Positions 59,231-64,000 of a stretch of 64,000 nt of DNA are shown here, one piece after another. The DNA lies in assembly GCA_965214605.1 (NCBI GenBank), contig OZ243961.1:928001-992000 (forward strand), in the 5' to 3' direction. The notes under the pieces are model-generated. The model was not told the DNA's origin, did no database searches, and saw nothing but the letters and a program-made list of their open reading frames with translations. Numbering within the stretch: position 1 is the stretch's first letter; every line of letters starts with the position of its first letter. Source of the DNA: an uncultured Candidatus Binatia bacterium. Its GTDB lineage: Bacteria > Desulfobacterota > Binatia > Bin18. The position numbers were made by a program, and so were the translations under genes.

Positions 59231-60382
59231 TCATGATGCCGGTACGTCAAAGCAAAACAAGCTGACCGCGTTGTCATAGGTCAACTGCCGCCGCTCGTTG
59301 TCAGGCACCCCGACAAACATCGTGTCCAAAAACTCCATCGACTTGGGCCAGGTTGACTCTGAATGCGGAAAATCATTCCCCCACAGCATGTTGTCAAGAC
59401 CGATGCGGTGGCGGAGCTCAACGCCCACCTCGTCTTCCTGAAAGACGGCAAACATATTACGGAACCAGTAGTCGCTCGGCAGCAACCCCTCTTTGGACTT
59501 GTAGTTGGCGTAGACCGGCCGGTTGACAGAGGTAAAGTCCATCTGTTTCAGCCAGTGCGGCGCCCACGAAATCTCGTGCTCAACAGAGCCGATCTTAATC
59601 CGGGGGTAGCGCTCACACACCCCGGCAAAAATGATGTCGGTCAAGGCGTAGCGGACCCAGTAGTCTTGGGTCGGCCGGAGCCCGGCCGGGGTGAAGGTCG
59701 AAAAGCTAAACGAGATCTCACACCCCGGGACGTTGGCCCGCTGGGTGGCCAAGTGGAGGAGCAGCGGCATCTGGTACTCTTGGGCGGCCGCCCAGAGCGG
59801 CTCATACATCAGGTCTCGATACGGCCGGCCCGGCAGCGGCGTCACGGGGACAAAGGCCCCGGCCAGTCCTAGCTTGGCACACCGTTCGAGTTCGACACCG
59901 GCCGCCTGGGGATCATCGACATTGATCATCCCGATGCCCCGCAGCCGCTGGGGATTGGCCCGACAGAACTCGGCAATCCAGCTGTTGTAAGCGGAACAAA
60001 TCCCGGACAGCAGCTCGCTGTCTTCCAGATGATACCAAAACAAGCCCTGACTCGGCTGCACCACCGCCCCCCAAATCCCATCCAGCTCAAGCTCGGCCAG
60101 CATGGCTTCGGGCTGATAGGCGCCTTCTCTGACGTCTTCCCAAATGCTGACAAAATCCAGGCCCCTGGCGTCTTCAAACCGCCGTCCGGCCTGGGTGACA
60201 GCTCCGAGCGTGGCGACCTGCACATCGCCGAGGAACCACGCATCGGCCTCTTTGCCCTCCTGGGTTGTATACCGTTTGATGAGCGGCGCTCGGCCGAGCA
60301 GCTTGGAGGGCATGCGCTGGGTATACAGATCCGGCGGTTCAACAATATGCGAATCACTCGAAATAACGGGGCAGCGTGTCAT
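59231..60382 (-). CDS. Amidohydrolase_2 family protein
   Basis: ISSDSHIVEP, AYNSWI, WGNDFPHSESTWP. Confidence 0.93.
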   Translation of the reverse strand: MTRCPVISSDSHIVEPPDLYTQRMPSKLLGRAPLIKRYTTQEGKEADAWFLGDVQVATLGAVTQAGRRFEDARGLDFVSIWEDVREGAYQPEAMLAELELDGIWGAVVQPSQGLFWYHLEDSELLSGICSAYNSWIAEFCRANPQRLRGIGMINVDDPQAAGVELERCAKLGLAGAFVPVTPLPGRPYRDLMYEPLWAAAQEYQMPLLLHLATQRANVPGCEISFSFSTFTPAGLRPTQDYWVRYALTDIIFAGVCERYPRIKIGSVEHEISWAPHWLKQMDFTSVNRPVYANYKSKEGLLPSDYWFRNMFAVFQEDEVGVELRHRIGLDNMLWGNDFPHSESTWPKSMEFLDTMFVGVPDNERRQLTYDNAVSLFCFDVPAS

Positions 60383-60515
60383 GTGTCCCTCCTCAGTCTG
60401 GAATTGCCCATACCATGCCCCTGACTGCAACACAAGAACAGGCTGGCCTCGCTTGCATTTCCGCCTGTTTTGGGACACATGAAGAGACGCCCACGCGTCG
60501 CACAGGGAGGCTCAC

Positions 60516-61124
60516 ATGCAGCTGTACGATCATCCCCTCTCGCCGAATTGCCGTAAGGTTCGTGTCTATTGTGCAGAAAAAGGCCTCTCGCTAGCCCTGC
60601 GTCCGGTCGACCTGTTAGGCGGTGAACAACGTGGCCCGGAGTTTCTGCAGCGCAATCCGTTTGGCGCTATTCCTATTCTCGAACTTGACGACGGCACGGT
60701 CATTCCAGAATCCTTAGCGATTATTGAATATCTGGAAGAACTCCACCCTTCCCCCCCACTGCTGGGCCGCGATCCCCTCAGCCGAGCCCTGGTTCGGGCC
60801 TGGGAACGACGGGCCGAACTGGGGGTGATTCTCCAAGGTACCCGACGTTTTCTGCACTCCAGCCCATATTTTGCTGCGCGCGGAGTTGAGCAGAACCCTA
60901 AGGTCGTGGAGGAGGCAGGCGGGGTGCTCATGGCTCGCCTCAGCCTGATCGACGAGCATCTCAAAGACGCCGAATGGTTGACGGCGGCCTTTTCCCTGGC
61001 AGACGTCACCTTAATGGTCGGCCTTGACTTTATTGCCCAGTCACACTTTCAACTCAACCCGGCCTGGACGCACTTGGCGCGTTGGCACGCCAAGATGAAA
61101 CAGCGACCGAGTGCTAAGGCCTGA
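60516..61124 (+). CDS. Glutathione S-transferase family protein
   Basis: SPNCRKV, RNPFGAIP, ESLAIIEYLEE, FSLAD. Confidence 0.93.
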   Translation: MQLYDHPLSPNCRKVRVYCAEKGLSLALRPVDLLGGEQRGPEFLQRNPFGAIPILELDDGTVIPESLAIIEYLEELHPSPPLLGRDPLSRALVRAWERRAELGVILQGTRRFLHSSPYFAARGVEQNPKVVEEAGGVLMARLSLIDEHLKDAEWLTAAFSLADVTLMVGLDFIAQSHFQLNPAWTHLARWHAKMKQRPSAKA

Positions 61125-61219
61125 GAGCGATGGGCAAGGCACGCGATATTGCTCTTGCAGTCTCCTAGACGTAGAAAATTCATCTCACCGGCCGAAATTC
61201 TCGTATTTATGGAGGGGAC

Positions 61220-61253
61220 TTGACATATCTTATATTTTTATTATTTTGGAAAT
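61220..61253 (+). promoter_or_regulatory. Sigma70 promoter of the ars operon, probably leaderless
   Basis: TTGACA at 61220; TATTTT at 61242; ATG 6 nt later with no SD. Confidence 0.6.
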
Positions 61254-61574
61254 ATGGAAAATAAAGACACCATCAGTATCCTGTCGGCTTTGGCCCAGGA
61301 AACACGTCTCGATATTTTCCGGTTGCTGGTTCGGGCTGGAAACAAGGGTTCGGCGGCAGGCGCGATCGGACAGGCCCTCGACATTCCGGCAGCGACCCTG
61401 TCATTCCATCTTAAGGAGCTCAAGCATGCGGGCATAGTCTCGTGTCGGCGCGAGGGTCGCTCTCTCATTTACAGCGCCAACTTTGAGACGATGGAGGCCT
61501 TGCTCGAGTTTTTAACCGAAAACTGCTGCCAGGGTGTTGAGGCCCAAGACCTCTCTCATCATCCGTGCTGCTAA
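61254..61574 (+). CDS. arsR: ArsR family regulator (C-terminal Cys type)
   Basis: ALAQETRLDIFRLLV, TLSFHLKEL, FLTENCCQG...CC. Confidence 0.92.
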   Translation: MENKDTISILSALAQETRLDIFRLLVRAGNKGSAAGAIGQALDIPAATLSFHLKELKHAGIVSCRREGRSLIYSANFETMEALLEFLTENCCQGVEAQDLSHHPCC

Positions 61575-61599
61575 GGCTACAGAGAGAAAGGAGTAGACT

Positions 61600-62025
61600 A
61601 TGCGATTCCAACTCGCCCTCAACGTACGCAATCTTGATGAGGCCATTCCGTATTACTCCAAGCTGCTAGGCGTACCGGTCAACAAACGGAAACCCGGCTA
61701 CGCCAATTTTGCGGTCGACTCGCCTCCGATCAAACTCGTCCTGCTTGAATCCCCAGACGCGGCCGAGCGGCTGAATCACGTCGGTTTTGAGATGGAGCTA
61801 GACGAAGTCGAAGAGACACTAGAGCGCCTTGAACCCCAGGGACTGGCTGATCAGGTCATTCGGGATGAGACCTGCTGTTATGCCAGAAAGAGTACGGTGT
61901 ACTCTACAGACCCCGAGGGCTTGCTGTGGGAGTTCTACAAGTTTCAGGGCGATAGTGAGATCTTCAGGACTTCCCAAGACACGCCAACGCCCAAACCACA
62001 ACCACCGGCTCAATGCTGCCGCTAG
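61600..62025 (+). CDS. arsI: VOC-family ArsI/CadI-like protein (putative C-As lyase)
   Basis: QLALNV, PGYANF, LNHVG, TCCYA vicinal Cys pair, DPEG..WEFY. Confidence 0.8.
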   Translation: MRFQLALNVRNLDEAIPYYSKLLGVPVNKRKPGYANFAVDSPPIKLVLLESPDAAERLNHVGFEMELDEVEETLERLEPQGLADQVIRDETCCYARKSTVYSTDPEGLLWEFYKFQGDSEIFRTSQDTPTPKPQPPAQCCR

Positions 62026-62038
62026 AGACACAAGCGCC

Positions 62039-63274
62039 ATGGCACCTTCGACCCCTGTCGGCCCTGCAACCCGTGACATGTCCATCTTTGAACGCTACCT
62101 CAGCCTGTGGGTCGGCCTGTGCATTCTCGGCGGCATTGTCCTGGGCCGGACTGTGCCCGGGCTGGCGACCGCCCTGGATGGCATGGCGCTATACGTCGGC
62201 GATGCTCCGGTTGTTTCGATTCCCATCGCCGTGTGTCTGTTTTTCATGATGTATCCGATCATGGTCAAAATTGACTTTGCCAAAGTCGCCACAGCCAGTC
62301 GCAATGCCAAGCCGGTCGGTCTGACGCTCTTTGTCAACTGGGCGATCAAACCCTTCAGCATGTACGCCATTGCAGCCGTGTGTCTGGGGGGGCTGTTTCG
62401 GGGCTTCATCGGTCCGGAAGCGATTGACTATGTGAAGCTGCCACTCGGCTTGTCCCTGCCGGTCGGCAGTCTCTACGGGGCCGGCGAAGTGGTGCTCGTC
62501 GATGGTGTCAAGATGCTGGCTGTGCCGCTGTGGCGGAGCTATTTGGCCGGCTGTATTCTGTTAGGCGTTGCGCCGTGTACAGCGATGGTCCTGGTCTGGG
62601 GCTACCTGGCACAGGGCAATAATGGCCTGACCCTGGTCATGGTAGCCCTGAACTCGCTCACCATGCTGGTGTTGTACGGCGTGCTGGGCGGGTTTCTGCT
62701 GGGGGTCGGCCAGCTGCCGGTGCCCTGGCAGGCTCTGATGCTGTCCATCGGCGTGTATGTCGTCCTGCCGCTGCTGGCCGGGTATTGGTCGCGGCGCTGG
62801 ATTCTACAGACCAAGGGAGAAGCCTGGTTCAGCGAGCGGTTTCTGCCCCTGCTCACGCCTGTTACTATTCTGGCTCTGCTCTTGACACTGGTGGTGTTGT
62901 TCTCCCTCAAGGGTGACATGATTGGAGCCAATCCGCTGACCATTGTGTGGATTGCCATCCCGCTGTTCGTTCAGACCGTACTGATTTTCAGCCTCACCTA
63001 CGGCTTGGCCAAGTTTTTGAGACTTTCTTACCAGGACGCCGCTCCGGCGGCCCTGATTGGAGCCTCAAACCACTTTGAGGTGGCCATCGCCACGGCGACC
63101 ATGCTGTTCGGACTGTCCTCTGCCGCGGCCCTGGCCACCGTCGTTGGCGTCCTCATTGAAGTGCCGGTCATGCTGTTGCTCGTTCGCATCTGCCAGCGTA
63201 CCCAGGGCTGGTTTGCCCTGCCGGTTGCCACCCCGGCCGCCGCCCAACCCGCCGGGTATGATCTGTCGGACTGA
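62039..63274 (+). CDS. acr3: Acr3 arsenite efflux transporter
   Basis: [49 protein letters not shown]. Confidence 0.96.
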   Translation: MAPSTPVGPATRDMSIFERYLSLWVGLCILGGIVLGRTVPGLATALDGMALYVGDAPVVSIPIAVCLFFMMYPIMVKIDFAKVATASRNAKPVGLTLFVNWAIKPFSMYAIAAVCLGGLFRGFIGPEAIDYVKLPLGLSLPVGSLYGAGEVVLVDGVKMLAVPLWRSYLAGCILLGVAPCTAMVLVWGYLAQGNNGLTLVMVALNSLTMLVLYGVLGGFLLGVGQLPVPWQALMLSIGVYVVLPLLAGYWSRRWILQTKGEAWFSERFLPLLTPVTILALLLTLVVLFSLKGDMIGANPLTIVWIAIPLFVQTVLIFSLTYGLAKFLRLSYQDAAPAALIGASNHFEVAIATATMLFGLSSAAALATVVGVLIEVPVMLLLVRICQRTQGWFALPVATPAAAQPAGYDLSD

Positions 63275-63593
63275 GAGTTGTCCGCAGCCCTATGCGCCCG
63301 CCAACGCCAGTAGAGTTGTTGAGCTCGGGCCGCTTACCGCTGTCACTCCCAGGCCAAATCACAGGCAGCTTGCAAACCTAGTCATCGGCATTGCTCCAGT
63401 CGAGACGTGCTGAGGCCGGCGCATTTCGGTGGCGCAATGCCACTACAACCGCTCATGAGGGCGTCTCGCACGACTATTCAGACGCTTCGCCCACGCCGCT
63501 GCCGTCCGGTCCACAGCTTTCATACTCCCGCGTATGCTCTCCCGAGGATGCGGGGGCCTGTCCGGTGCCATTCGCTTATAGGACAAGCCAGGC

Positions 63594-64000
63594 TCAATCA
63601 AAGCCACACACCTTAGCCCCACGGACAGAGGCTGGCCTCTCGGCGCAACGCTTGTGCCAGGCCGTTACTTGGGGAAAATCGGCGTCAAGTTGTAAGGCTT
63701 CGCGTGCGCCATAGCCCCAATCCAGACAGCCGACCCAAGGGAAGGTGCAGATATCGGCGATGGTGTATTCTTCGCCAACCACATAAGACCGGCCGGCAAG
63801 CCGGGTTTCCAACACGCCAAGCAATCGCCGGACCTCAGCGGTATAGCGTTCGGTCGGGTATGGGATACGCTCTTTGGCAAACTTGTAGAAGTGGCCAAAC
63901 TGGCCGAACATTGGTCCCACCCCGGCCATCTGAAAAAACAGCCATTGCAGGCAGGCGCTGCGTCGGCGTGGATCGCTCGGCAGCAGCCGGCCCGTTTTCT
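63594..64000 (-). CDS. Glutathione S-transferase (YfcG/YghU-like), 3' part
   Basis: LQWLFFQMAGVGPMFGQ, EYTIADI, RPASVRG; start lies beyond the window. Confidence 0.92.
   Translation of the reverse strand, partial: KTGRLLPSDPRRRSACLQWLFFQMAGVGPMFGQFGHFYKFAKERIPYPTERYTAEVRRLLGVLETRLAGRSYVVGEEYTIADICTFPWVGCLDWGYGAREALQLDADFPQVTAWHKRCAERPASVRGAKVCGFD

Overview
GC-rich bacterial chromosome window. The gene content (many LLM oxidoreductases, amidohydrolases and CaiB CoA-transferases, a pan RNA motif, selenoproteins) resembles deltaproteobacteria-like/Binatota genomes; this is inference only. It has two parts. (1) 1-20456 is the tmRNA-proximal end of a defence island. At the left edge a gene missing from the ORF track encodes a cold-shock domain fused to a type III-D-like Cas7/RAMP, divergent from an intact APE2256-family CARF effector. 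After it comes a dense patchwork of about 25 mostly truncated defence, TA and mobile-element pieces: Uma2, TnpB, ImmA-PIN, AbiE, type I and III R-M, QatD, CBASS cyclase, HigBA, VapBC and an integrase. The patchwork also holds an intact ABC-ATPase + PD-(D/E)xK pair and a split second copy of the CARF locus. (2) 20457-64000 is core/metabolic DNA: ssrA-smpB, panBC with a pan RNA leader, nagZ, mtnA, holA, ychF, a DEAD-box helicase and an arsR-arsI-acr3 operon. Features hidden from the ORF track are two UGA-recoded selenoproteins with SECIS-like hairpins, a structured RNA carrying a 17-nt complement to the 16S 3' tail and a 13-aa ORF, and further intergenic rod-like structures. A sodium:solute symporter is fused to two winged-helix domains. 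No CRISPR array is visible in the window. All family assignments come from motifs recognised by eye, not from database searches, and fragment boundaries are approximate.
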